A stretch of 58,540 nucleotides of DNA, filler included, from Sphacelaria rigidula (GCA_964200075.2; 9 parts of 9 records of this genome joined end to end with filler, not necessarily neighbours in it); one strand, 5' to 3'. Shown: positions 24,101 through 35,908, counted from the whole stretch's first letter. A program made the numbers and translations. Notes: generated by a model not told the origin, from the letters alone.

Positions 24101-25672
24101 AAAAATAGGCTCCGCGGAGGGAAGGAAGGCTTTGAAAAGACGCAAAAAATCGCTTCAAAACAAAAGGTCTGTCTTGGCTCAACGAAACAGAAATGACTAT
24201 TGTTGCTGAGGCCTACGGAGCGAAGGCCTAAGTTATTCAGAGTTTTTCGAAATTATGGCAGACGTTTTTCTTTTTGATCTGAAAAAAAATAATGCAAAGC
24301 ATCCGAAACGCACCCCAGAGTGTGGTTGGCCGCATAAGCGGGTGTGCGTTCTAGACACGTCGTGTTTGTTTTGTCGAATCAAAAACAAGAGCACCTGCCA
24401 AATAAGTTGAGGACACTCGGAAAAAAAACATGCTCGTTGTGCTGTCCTACCATAACCCGCATTCCCAGTGTTTCTGCCGTGCTCAGACGTCACTGTCTCT
24501 AGTCAAGCAGGTGGTCGTACGTCCGGGCCACCTACCTATAGGTATCGAGGCCCTCGAAGTCCCGGGGCGCGTGCACCATACTTACAACCTATTCACAGAC
24601 CCTACCCGCGACCATGCGCTCGATGACGCTGCCGCAACTCTGAAGGTTGCGACTGATTTGTGCACGGACTTCGGATACACTGTGAAGGTGAATGAAGCCC
24701 ACGTGAAGTTCCCGGCATGTTTGTTTTCCATCTGTTGTTTCGTTCATCAATATGGCTTTTCGAGAGCTTCAGTAGCCCATGCAAGCCCTTGCTGATAGAT
24801 AGAGGTAGCAAGTGCGCAAGTAATGGGTTTGAAACGTACCTATATGCACCATAGTTCTGCTATGAGCAGTTTTGTCGCTGGGTGGTGCCATCTTCACCTT
24901 CGTTAACCAGCTGGATATCACTGCCCTCCTCACCGCGTGATACAGTAATATGGGAACTCCACTGACCCTTGTGTCGCCCCTCGCCACCACTCCCATTGCC
25001 ATGCGCAGCCGAACATCACAAACAAACAAACCCTGTTCCCACAAGAAGGCCGTAGCTACGCCGTCAATGAATGCGACATCCCAGCGTGGAGTACATACGA
25101 AGTGCACCGCTCTCGACGGAAAGCATTCGCTTCCCTCGATGCCGATGGTCGGAATGACATGTACATCCGTATGCTCCACAAGGCGAACAACGAGCAGCTC
25201 CAAAAGATGCTGTCGGAGACAGAAGTGCGTGGCCCACGCGATGAACTGTACTTGCGCGTGGACGACACGTGCCCTCTGTTCAACGTCCTTTGGAACGACG
25301 AGCGCCAGGCGAACATAGAAATGCAGTCTGCAGTACTGCCGGCCGGCCCCCGTGCAGAGCTATTGCGCCCGTTCGCCAAGGAGAACACCGGCGCGGGATT
25401 CACCGCTACTGCTACAGCCAGGAGTTTCAGAAAACGTGCGGCGGGCGAACGAGAAACGACGTCGTTCTACGTGTTCCCGGGTGCGATGGTCGTCCGGGGT
25501 CCTCAGTACCAAGATTATGACTCGTCGGAGTCCGATGCCTGACCCGCTCGGAGTAAGCGCAAGAAATCCGCCGACAAGGCCGCCGCCCCCCGCAAAACGC
25601 GCCGTCCCAGGCAAACGCGAGGCAACGGCAACAGTGGCGAGAACAGCGCCCCATCCGAATGGGGGAGCGACG

Positions 25673-25713
<41 letters not shown>

Positions 25714-25812
25714 AACATATCAGAAGGAGATAACAAAGAAGGCCATGAGAAGGAAGAGAACGAAGAGGAAGAGGAGGAAGACGACCGGGCAGACAAGGGC
25801 GCCTCAAGCTGA
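21149..25812 (+). pseudogene. Multi-exon gene with a beta-class N6/N4 DNA methyltransferase-like core, acidic low-complexity arms and several frameshifts and stops; 5' end not found
   Basis: Phase-compatible GT-AG exons 21149-21362, 21553-22106, 22301-22719, 22908-23224, 23667-23834, 24511-24687, ~24946-25812. Motifs in order: VADPPM, VMRETHSLLHPKGTMVFF, GLVLEDEVLV, DAILIA, PKRTLEFLVNR|YTNPGDTVL, VALERGRRV, VVEERL. Confidence 0.7.
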
Positions 25813-25828
25813 TACAGTGATTTGTAGT

Positions 25829-25945
25829 TGGGGAGGGAGGGAGGGAGGGAGGGAGGGAGGGAGGGAGGGAGGGAGGGAGGGAGGGGGGGGGTATTTATCT
25901 GTTGCTTGCCTTAGTCGTTTCACCATTGACCACGCATCCCGTTCT
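25829..25945 (-). mobile_element. LINE 3'-end fragment with (CCCT)n tail
   Basis: Reverse complement GGGATGCGTGGTCAATGGTGAAACGACTAAGGCAAGCAACAGATAAATACCCCCCC(TCCC)n. Confidence 0.8.
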
Positions 25946-26064
25946 GGACCGAGCTGGGGGCGGGNNNNNNNNNNNNNNNNNNNNNNNNNNNNNNNNNNNN
26001 NNNNNNNNTTAATTAATTAANNNNNNNNNNNNNNNNNNNNNNNNNNNNNNNNNNNNNNNNNNNN

Positions 26065-27605
26065 TCGATCATCCGGTGCTGAAGATTTGGAAGCAAGTCA
26101 GGGTCGACGAAGTGGTTGCTGGCGCCGGTGTCGACAGTCATGGTGAAGCGCGAAGGAGCAGCGGCGGTGTTCAGGCTGCTGGTGGCGACGAAGGAGTAGC
26201 CCATTCCGGTAGGAGGTGAAGGGCCTGAAGGCGATGTATCTGAAGCCTGTTGGGTGGTGGCAGTCGCGGAAGTTGGAGTAGATGATCCGGTTGTGTTGTA
26301 ATGTCCCACCACAGTAGTAGACCCTGGTGTCGCTGTTGCTGTGTGTGCTGCCGCGTTGGTGTTGTCGTTATTACCACCTTGTCCACTGTTGTTGTTGAAG
26401 CGGCCTTGTCCGCTGTTGCTGAAGTGTCCTTGTCCGTTGTCGTTGAAGCGGGATTGTCCTTGCTGCCGTGGTCCGCTGTTGTGACGTGGTCCTCGGCCGC
26501 GCTGCTCTTGCTGCCGCTGATCGTCAGGATCGTTGCCCCGGTGTTGTTGCGCCTTGCAGGTCGAATTGTCGTGAAGACTGGTTTTGTGCAAGGAGCACCA
26601 CCGATTACTTCTTCCCCCTCCGTTGTTTCTTGTGCTCTTCTTGTTGTTTCGCTTAAAGCAGTTATTGATGTCATGACCAGTTTTTTTGCAGTAGTTGCAG
26701 TATTTTGCCGTTGTGGCGGTCATCGCCGAGGTACGACCCTTCGCTGCACGCGAAAGCCCGTTTTCTGCGACACGGTTTGCAAACATGTTCCTCATGGTGA
26801 ACATGGCGTCTTCAAGATTGAAAGTGGCTTGCGATTCCGCAAGCAATTGAATCTGGGTGTACTCGTCCGTCAGCCCATCCAGGATGCTGTCAAGTATCTC
26901 GTCGTCTGTAATCACTCGACCCATCTCCGCCAGTTCATCTCGCAACGAAAATAGCTCGTTGCAGAAGACGTCCGGGTCTTGACCTTGCTGCATTCTCATG
27001 TTAGACAGACTTTTTGCCATAATTCGACGCCGCTGGTGTGAAGGGTTCTTGTATTTTCCCACCAGACCATTCCAAGCGGCGATGCCGTTTGGCAAAATGC
27101 CTGGTCTAGGCTTGTACTTTAGGAGAAAGCTTGCTGCCGGTCCTACCGTACCCAAGATTAGGAAGTGGAACAGGATCTTGTTGGCCATGTGCCACTCCCG
27201 GATGTCCTCGACGATCTGGACGTTGTCATCCATCTCCCAGATCACAGAAGTAGGAGTCTCGCCGCTTGTTGAAGTCGGCTCATCTGGTGCAAGCTGCTGC
27301 TGTTGCTCGGGATGCAGTGCTGGGTCTTCTGCTGCATCCTTGTCTTCATCCTCTTCTTCATCTTCGATGCTTGAGGTTGCTTGTTTCTTGCGCTTGCCAG
27401 CTTTGCCATTGGTCTTCTTGTAAATGGTCGGCGGACATGGTCTGCCGTTCAGGATGTCTGTAATGCCCGAATGTCGCATGCTGATCACAGACTGTGCTGT
27501 GCGGGACCAGATATCGAAGTCCGTCCCGTTGAACTTTCCGCCAACAGCCTTGACGAGCTTGTCCACTGCGTCCGCCGCAGCAGCATTTGTCAATGGCTCC
27601 CCCAT
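26065..27605 (-). CDS. gag: Copia Gag running into the protease
   Basis: Capsid-like region (GQDPDVF...ILDGLTDEY), zinc knuckle CNYCKKTGHDINNC, protease VDTGASNHF. Confidence 0.92.
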
Positions 27606-27618
27606 GCTGCGGTGATCC

Positions 27619-27649
<31 letters not shown>

Positions 27650-27662
27650 GCTGTTGCTGTTG
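27619..27662. repeat. (TTG)n microsatellite just upstream of the gag ATG
   Basis: Direct reading; reads as poly-Q in the gag frame. Confidence 0.9.
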
Positions 27663-28304
27663 CCGTCCGTGTAGATGACGTATACTCGTACAACAGTCGT
27701 ACGATGACGTTGAAATTTTCCAAGAGAAACTGACAGTCCCTCAACAGAAGATGATGATGCACCCATGTGTGAGTTACCTACAGGTGTTGGCTGCGAATGC
27801 CAGTTGATAGGCTTGATGGATCCGAAGTCCTTGCCTCTTGGCTATCTATAATGTTGCTAGAAGGACCTCCCGAACTGATGATGTCGTAGCTGAAGACGAC
27901 GTAGCTGAGTGTCATTGCTGATGACGACGTATCTCTCTTTTCTTGAAAAAACTCTCACGCAACAAAAATGCGGAGGAATAGCTCAGAACTTGCCGATGCG
28001 ATACGGTCGATTGTCGATCTTGTTGATGACCGAAGATGCTCCCTAGCGAGATGAGCGTGGAGAGGTAGTCTTGAGCTAACTCCGTTGAACTGCTGTAGTG
28101 ATGTCTTGGCGACGTGGATGATGCCGACGCGCCTGGTCTTGATGGACCTCCACGGAGCTTGAATTTGATTGAGGGGGAAGGACTTGAAGTTCCCGTTGGT
28201 GCGATGTCCGTCTTCTGCTTGGAAGAGCGGTGCCGATCCTCTTGAGAACGTGTTGATCGCTGACGACGCTGTGACTCCTTGCTGTGCTTATTGATGAAGC
28301 TCGA

Positions 28305-28315
28305 GGCTCATAGCC
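28305..28315 (-). promoter_or_regulatory. Primer-binding site, half-tRNA-iMet type
   Basis: GGCTATGAGCC directly after the LTR terminal CA on the minus strand; resembles the GGTTATGGGCCC site of Drosophila copia. Confidence 0.75.
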
Positions 28316-28765
28316 TGTAGGAATATGGCTTCACTCTTGATGGTGTACCGATGTGGCAACTGTCTTCTGCAGTTTATGCAGAGGTGCAGAGAGTGGCGGT
28401 AAAGTCACTTGACTTGAGAGTGGAGATGTTGAACTTGGTGCTCATGTGGCCGAAGACTCTAACTCATGGAAGAGAAGAGTATGAGAAGAGAAGTAGTAGG
28501 GGAGTGATCAGGTGGGCGAGCACCAAGTGTGCGAGCCTACCGATCAGCTAATGAACTTCCAGAACTTCCACACGTCTGGAACACTCGTGGGATATTACAA
28601 CCGATAACTCCCGATTACTCCCCCGACAACTTGTTCTGGAAACACGATGTGCCGCAGAATATACCGCAGACTATTTCTGGAACACACAAATGATTTCTTA
28701 CTTGTTTACGATAACCTACGATAGATAGTAGTCGTTACCAATGACTGACATTGAATATTTCAACA
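28316..28765 (-). repeat. LTR, 450 bp
   Basis: TGTTGAAATAT...ATATTCCTACA imperfect inverted termini, bounded by the PPT and PBS. Confidence 0.85.
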
Positions 28766-28774
28766 CTCTCCCTC
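28766..28774 (-). promoter_or_regulatory. Polypurine tract
   Basis: GAGGGAGAG immediately before the LTR TG on the minus strand. Confidence 0.8.
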
Positions 28775-29125
28775 AATGGAAAGTCATCTCAAAGGAAAGT
28801 AATCCAAAGGAGGAATATCTTGATGCAAAAACACTTGCGCAAAAGATAACATTCTGCACTCCCACTCGCGACTAACAGAGATCGAACAAAGATCTCTCAC
28901 GCTTCCTTCTGCAGCATGTACGGTAGATGCAGCAAATGAAAAGAACGCAAGAATGCTGTCTACAAGAAGTCAACATTTTTAGCCTAGATATTCAAGCTAC
29001 TCAGGAAATGCAGAAAGTATGCACAAATCTTCTGAGGTTGCTACTCCGAACGAGACGTACAGAAGATTCCGCCTGGACTATTCCTTGGCGATGATGAGGA
29101 GCCCGATCCTTGAGTTTTGGCGTCG

Positions 29126-32100
29126 TCACTTGAACTGGAGGATTTGCCGCATGAGGCTGTCTTGTACCTCGCGGACGCAGTACTTGGCGCAAAAGTCGAC
29201 CAACATGTGGCGGCCTGGAATGAAGTTTAGCTTGATGATGCCTTGACGGATCCATTCGCGGAGTGCGGCGAAGCGGACGGCGATGTGCCGCGACCTCTGG
29301 CTGAAGTTCGCCTCCGAAGCTAGGGTCATGGAGCTCCGGTTTTCCGCATACACAGGGTGAAGATGCGTTGCCGTGACCATCCTAGCTCCCCCAGCATAGA
29401 AGAGAAGTAGAGCCCGTGCTTGGCGGTGCTCTTCATTGCGATGAGCTCCGCCTCCGATGTCAAGTGTGCGGTTATGCGCTGAACTTGACTGTCGAAGTGA
29501 ATGAGCCCTCAACTCAGAAAAACCATTGATCTGGTGATGGATTTGCTTGATGGTCCAGATGCGTAGGAGGTGTCGCTGTGGCAGGTATGCTGAAGTCGCT
29601 GGCGCGCCTGTAGGTAATGAGGAGACCTGGGTTGCGCTTGAGGCACCGAATAATCCTTTTGGCGCTAGCTGCGCTCGCAGTGGTCGGACTTGACATGTGC
29701 CGTGCTACCTGCATGACGGCATGCGCGATGTCGAATCTTGTGCAATCCACCAGGAAGATGAGGCTCCCACCAACTCTGGTAGTCCTTTTCCTCGTTTGCG
29801 AAAAGAAGTGCAGATTCACCAGTTGCGTTGTTGAGCTCGGCTCCTGTCCCTGGAGTGTGCGAGGGATTGCACGTATCCATGCCATAACGCTTGAGCACAG
29901 ACACGGTGTAATTCTCCTGGCTGAGGCTTATTGTGCCGTTCTCCAGGTCTTGATGAATGTCGATGCCGAGAATCTGAGTCGCATGACCAAGATCAGTCAT
30001 CTTGAATGATTGCTGATCCTAATGCACTTGGTGCAGCTCGTCGGTAGAAGGGCTCGTGAGAAGAATGTCGTCGACGAAGAGTGTCAGCATGCAGTAGGTG
30101 CCTCCGCTGCCCTTGGTGCAGACACAGGGGTCAGATGCTGTAGGTATGAACCCTTTCGTGCGCAGATCCTTGTCGATTGTTGAGTTCCAAACGCTCGGAG
30201 ATTGACGCAGCCCGTAAAAGCTCTCGCGCAGACGCCAAACCAGCTGCTTGCCAGTGGTGCTGTCGAACTTTTCGAATCCTGGCTCCTGAAAAGTGTACAC
30301 CACTTCGGAGAGGGTACCGTTTAGGAACGCTCTTTGCATGTCCATGGCGATGACCGGCCAGGTCTGGGTAGCCGCTATCGCCAATAGAAGTCTTTGGCTT
30401 TCAATCCTGCACACCAGTACAAATGTGGTGAAACAGTCTATGCCGTGCTGTTGCGCCCAGCCCTGAACGACGACTCTTGCCTTGAATCGCCCATCCGTTT
30501 TGATCCGATAAACCCAGCGCGTGCCGATGATGGAGCAACCGGCGGGTACGGAATCGAACGGGACGAGATCCGCCACCTCGTGGTCGGCCAGGCTGTTCAT
30601 TTCTTTGTCCATGACCTTTTCCCATTCCGCTGCGTGGGGTGAGTCCATCGCCTGCTTGTAGGTGTTGGGCACTTGGATTGCTGCAGGAGGAAGAACTTGA
30701 TCGATGCCCACTGTTCCGATGTACAAGGTCACTGAGTCCAGCATCGCTTGAGATGAATCCTCCTGCGCGAAGTTGAGCTGTCGTAGCGCCCGAGCCTGTG
30801 ATGAAATATCCATATCTGATTGGAAAGGATCAACGGATCCGAATGAACGCAGTCGTCGTGTAGATCCCTGTGGTTCCTTGAAGCGCTGTTCCTGTCGGTT
30901 GTTGATATCGTGACCGTCGCCGTTGTCCTTGTTGGAATCCAGGAATGTAATTCCGTCGTGGAATTGCTCCAGATCCGCCGTGTGGACCGATGATTCTTCT
31001 TCTTCACTATCCGGAAGATTGGTACAGCTCAGGGGTTCCGGAACCGGCTCGATGAAGGTGACATTCCGGGAGGTTGTAATGCATCCCGTAGCCCGATCGT
31101 AGATACAAAAGGTTGGGCTGTCGTCGTTGTAGCCAACCAAAACACCTTCCCACGCTTCTGGCTGCAGCTTGGTGGTATGACCTTCGACGTGGACGAAGGC
31201 CCTGGAGCCGATGATCCGAAGAAAGGAAAGGTTTGCCTGCTTGCCGAACATGCGATGGTAGGGCGTGTCCCCTTGTAGAGCCTTGTGCGGTAGGCGGTTT
31301 ATTAGGAATACCGCAGTTGCCGCAATCTCCCCTCATAGGTGCTTAGACAGACCTGCTTTGTTCAGGAGGCAGCGGGTCATGTCCATGATGGTTCGCCCGT
31401 CGCGCTCCGATATGCCGTTTTGTTGCAGCGTGTGCGGGCAGCTGAATTGCTGTATGATCCCCGTAGTTTTGCAGGATTCGCGGAACGCAGTGCTGACATA
31501 TTCCCCGCCGTTGTCCGAATGTAGACGTTGTACCCGTAGACCGAGTGGAATGGCGAGGTCTTGAACGAACCGTACCAGAGAAGAAAGGGCGTCACTTTTC
31601 CTTTCGAGGAAGTAGACGGCCTTGAGCCTGGAGTAATGATCGGTAAACTTGGTCATGTACTGGTAGCCACCGATCGCAGTTGGAGTGACGGGCCCTAGAA
31701 GGTCCGTGCCGACGAGTTGAAATCGTTGCGTGGCGCCTGTGCTCCTGGTCTTGGGATGATTCCGTCGTGTGCTTTTGTTTATCTTGCACGTCCCGCACGC
31801 TGAAAAGGAATCGGAAAACCCGACCCCGCTCTCTTTTATCCGCCCGACTTGTAGTAGCACTTGGGCATTGGGATGTCCCAGTCGCTGATGCCCCGTGTTA
31901 GCCATCGATGTAGCCATTGAGGTGGCACATGCTGTTTCCTTTTCCGTGTCCTGGATCAAAGAGGCACTGGATGCTATATTCGCTCTTTCAGGCGGCAGAT
32001 TGGCGCCGGAGACGGTTTTAAAACCGTGTTGAGTACAGATGCTGTCTGGTGCAATAGCCAGATCCAAGTAGTACATGGTGGTGCAGGAGCTGTCCTGTCG

Positions 32101-32480
32101 AAGAGGCAGCTTGAAGTTTCCCATTCTAATGAAAGAGAAATCATCAAATACCAACGGCATCCCTCTTTGCACTGCTGTTCCTCCCGTGAACAGGTGACGA
32201 CCCAGCCCTGGCGCGATGGTGAAGGGCAGCAGGACCTTGTGCTCGGCCCCGGTTTGGTCCCGTGTGAAGACCTTCATTTTTCCTCTGCCGGTGCCGTGGA
32301 GTTTTCCCTTGCCGGCGACGTTGATGACAATCAGCTGATCGTACTTTATATACTCGATCATCCGGTGCTGAAGATTTGGAAGCAAGTCAGGGTCGACGAA
32401 GTGGTTGCTGGCGCCGGTGTCGACAGTCATGGTGAAGCGCGAAGGAGCAGCGGCGGTGTTCAGGCTGCTGGTGGCGACGA
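29126..32480 (-). pseudogene. pol: Copia pol (protease, integrase, RT, RNase H), disrupted
   Basis: DTGAS, HQRLGH, DLLGP, HSDNGGEY, QNGISER, FKARVVVQG, YGLRQSP, LFVDDIL, RSRHIAVRF; stops at 31333-31335 and 30019-30021 and frameshifts in the RNase H region. Confidence 0.93.
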
Positions 32481-33553
32481 NNNNNNNNNNNNNNNNNNNN
32501 NNNNNNNNNNNNNNNNNNNNNNNNTTAATTAATTAANNNNNNNNNNNNNNNNNNNNNNNNNNNNNNNNNNNNNNNNNNNNTGTCTGGGAGAAACAAGACG
32601 AGCGAGGGGATCGACAGTAATTGCAGGGGGGTCTACACGACTGCTGTACGTGGGGGTAATGTGAGTGGCAGCAAGGCTGACCAAACGGCGGCTACGTACG
32701 GTATCGCCAGGCGGGGTGAACAGAGGGAAAAGAAAAACCAGGAGATATGAACGCCGAACGAAAGACCTGGGGGACTACAGAATGTAGGGACAGATCTACA
32801 GTACGAGGGCTAGGTGTACGCAAAAGAGCGCACAGTACAGTCAAAGGGGAAGATAACGTACGCTGCGAGAGGTGAGCGAACACGGTACAAGTGCACAAAA
32901 AGGAAAAGACCAAGGACAGGTGCTAAGAAGGGTTGCCACGGGGGAAGGCAAAAGGCTGTACGGGGAACGTGCACAAAAGGTAGACTGTGAAAACAAGACG
33001 CTGCCGGAAAAGCAAAACTGCACGAGAGTAAATGAAACACAATCTGACAGTAGTCCGACGGAGGGGATACCACAAACGCAAAGAAAACACAAGAAAACAA
33101 GAAAGCAAGGGTACTAGGAAGGTGAAAGGTATCAAAGCTAACGAAGTAGAAACTCCAAGTCAACGTCAAGTGTCACGATGTTGTAAGGCTTTATCACAGA
33201 AACCCTCGCTGTAGTGCAGAAACACACTAAGCACAACAGTGCAATCACTTGTCTGGGATACAACTCGTGACGGGTTCACGCACAATAGGTTGATAACTAC
33301 TTGACTCAAGGCTCTTGTTTAAGATATGCTCTTTTTCTTGCTCACTTTCTTCTTGCTCAATGCTTTTCCACGCTTGTGTCTCACCAATCAGGCAACAGTC
33401 GGATGCTTTTTCCTGGGAAGCTTAGCAGTGGCTTCCATGTGCTGTCTCAAGCTCTAATGATACCCTTTTATAGGTGTACACACTATATCTGACCCTCCGT
33501 TCAGACCCGTTATCCAAAAATCCAAACATCGAAAGATCGATGCTGCTTGTCTT

Positions 33554-33987
33554 CATGACACCCAGCTGGTACAGTGGTGCCCGGGTACATACTCTACCGT
33601 TCTGGGTAGATTTGGCTATGAACTCAATACTCTATACCCAAAAATTGGGTAGAATTTAATGCGATCTCAAAACTCTGGTGGGTAATTACTGTCAACAACA
33701 CTGGTACAGAGCATGACTCGTGTATGACCTCCACACTCTACCCAAAAACTGGGTAAAGTTGGGTATCATCTCAATACTCTACCCGAAACTTGGCTAAGTA
33801 CTCTCGGCAATACGTGGGTATAGAGTATCACTTGGCTGTGACCTCGATACTACACTCATTTTTTTGGTACAGAGTTGGGTATGGCGTCAGAACCCTAGTG
33901 TACTAACTTTTTGGGTGATTCCGGTATGATCTCAATACTCTCCCCAAATATTGGGTAGGTTAGGTGATTTCGGTATCCCTGACCATT
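33554..33987. repeat. MITE-like array of ~40-bp hairpin units
   Basis: Recurrent CTCAATACTCTACCCA-AAAA-TTGGGTAGA; limits approximate. Confidence 0.7.
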
Positions 33988-34706
33988 ATTGGTGTCTTCG
34001 CAACGCTACTTCACAGACTACCTTGACTGTGAGGGCGATTGCAATGACCACCTGCAGAAAAAAGGGGATTTAGTTTCATCGTCCCGCACAAGATACCTAC
34101 ATATACATTACATTGTGCCCAGATTTATTTTTCAGCACAGAACATCCACAATCTTTTTGCGTGCATTCGAGGGAGTGGAAAAATGAGCACCAATGAACGA
34201 CGTTCCTGTTCAAAATCCCACTTCCGTCCATATGCCTCACATTCAGCGCGGTCTCCGCAGACTTTCCAGCAGAAACACTTTTTTTCCCGAGGAAGGACTG
34301 TTGTCACAGGGAAAACAATCTCACGGGAGCTCGCACGGGGCGTGATGCAGAGCAGGAATCCCCGCCCCGTCCCCGCCGTGTTTTTGATAACCGGAACACG
34401 TTCCCGTCCCATCTCGTCTGTTTTCTGGCGACGGGAACGGTCTCATCCCGTGCCACGGGATGATAGCGGTCTGTTTCCGTGCCGTTTTCACTCGATTATT
34501 CCTGGGTTTCCCACAGGAATTCCTCTCAATTTGGACCGATCTTCCCGGACTTCGTTCAATATGTGGTACAACCACAATCTCCCCTCATAAATATGGCTCG
34601 TTTATATACTTGTGAGAAGGGTGAATCAAAATGACAAAAGCTGGGAACCCCCGTGCTTGAGATCGTTTTCGCCGCACACGCGGCCATTCGGCTACACCCC
34701 AAAATG

Positions 34707-34985
34707 CCTCCGGAGGGATGCGCAGCCCTCCAGGGGAAAAACAAGCCTCCGGAGGCCTTCCATCCCTCTGGAGGAAACCAAACTTTACCGACCCGGAGGT
34801 CCGCGCACCCCTCCGGAGGAATTTGGGGGTATGCGCGGCCCTACGGAGGCAACAATGAGCCTCCGGAGGCGTTCAATCCCTCTGGAAACAAAAAAATCTC
34901 CTCTGGAAGGCCGCCCACCCCTCCGGAAGCATTTAATTCCTCTGGAGGCTCGAAAAGTGTACCCACCTGGAGGCAGTTTGGAGGT
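34707..34985. repeat. Array of palindromic CCTCCGGAGG at ~20-bp spacing
   Basis: Copies or variants at 34707, 34727, 34746, 34765, 34810, 34840, 34860, 34879, 34900, 34920, 34939, 34964. Confidence 0.85.
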
Positions 34986-35149
34986 AGCCAAATGGCCACG
35001 TGTGCGATGTCGCGCATATGAGGGGCCATAAAGTCTGAAACCACCCATCATCATGTGCTGTGTGGTCGATATCTTCCTGGCACTTATCCGGCATTCAGAA
35101 CGAATTTTTCCGTGGAAATCCGTGTCTTTTTTGCGGTTCGATCCGTAAG

Positions 35150-35511
35150 TTATGCCACGGAGGACGCACGGATTACCTACGGAGTGGATAAAACCGCACC
35201 GTAGAAAACCGCGTTTCACGGTTCCAACCGCGCAGCTGTAATCTATACGGAGCGGAGCGAATATCCGTACATCGGGAAATTCACGGAATATTGCGGAGCG
35301 GATATCCGCCAACGAAAATGTCACGGTGCCGAGCGGATTTTTCGAATACGGTACGGAGCGGAGCGGAGCGTATATCGGCCAGTAGGAGAAACCACGGATT
35401 GTCACGGAGCGGATATCCGCCCCCTACAAATGCCACGGAGCGGTGCGGATTGACAAACCGCACCGTAATAATCCGCTCCGCCGATCTATTATTCATCCGT
35501 GCACATCCCTG
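35150..35511. repeat. MITE-like cluster of CGGAGCGGA / GCGGATATCCGC motifs
   Basis: Direct reading; ends CCGTGCACATCCCTG (CAG-type terminus on the minus strand). Confidence 0.65.
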
Positions 35512-35903
35512 TTTTTCGGGGGGGGGGACTATCGCGGTATCACTCGTGTACTTCATGTACGGTGAATTTGATTTGAGCATATTTCTACACATAATGTGGT
35601 GATATTTTTTAATATTAATGTCGTAAGCGTAGTCCTACTAGTTTGGATAGCAATACGTGTCGTGCTATCTCAGAGTTGAACATTATCTTACACGCACTCA
35701 CGATGCCCGCGAAATGATTCATATATAATGACGTGCTGTAGGTACTTCATGTACGGTGCAAGGCAAACCATATCAGGTCAGAAACTGGCATGATAGTACT
35801 GGGTCACGTGGGAACTAGACAGCGAGAAAGCACGCGGATGTATGTATTCACGCTCGCGGTTTGTTGGGCCAAGTGTCGTTTCGATAATCATTAACAAACA
35901 CCA

Positions 35904-35908
35904 CCAAT
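35904..35908 (+). promoter_or_regulatory. Candidate CCAAT box for H4
   Basis: ACCAATCAG about 230 bp upstream of the H4 ATG. Confidence 0.35.

Larger units (their letters stand above)
26065..32480 (-). mobile_element. Ty1/copia LTR retrotransposon, circularly permuted, single LTR
   Basis: Minus-strand order PR-INT-RT-RH, PPT, LTR, PBS, gag, start of PR; the first and last 127 bp of the contig are identical. Confidence 0.95.

Noticed and set aside
33172..33273. Mini solo LTR (TGTCACGA...TCGTGACG)
   Set aside because: No TSD, PBS or PPT found.
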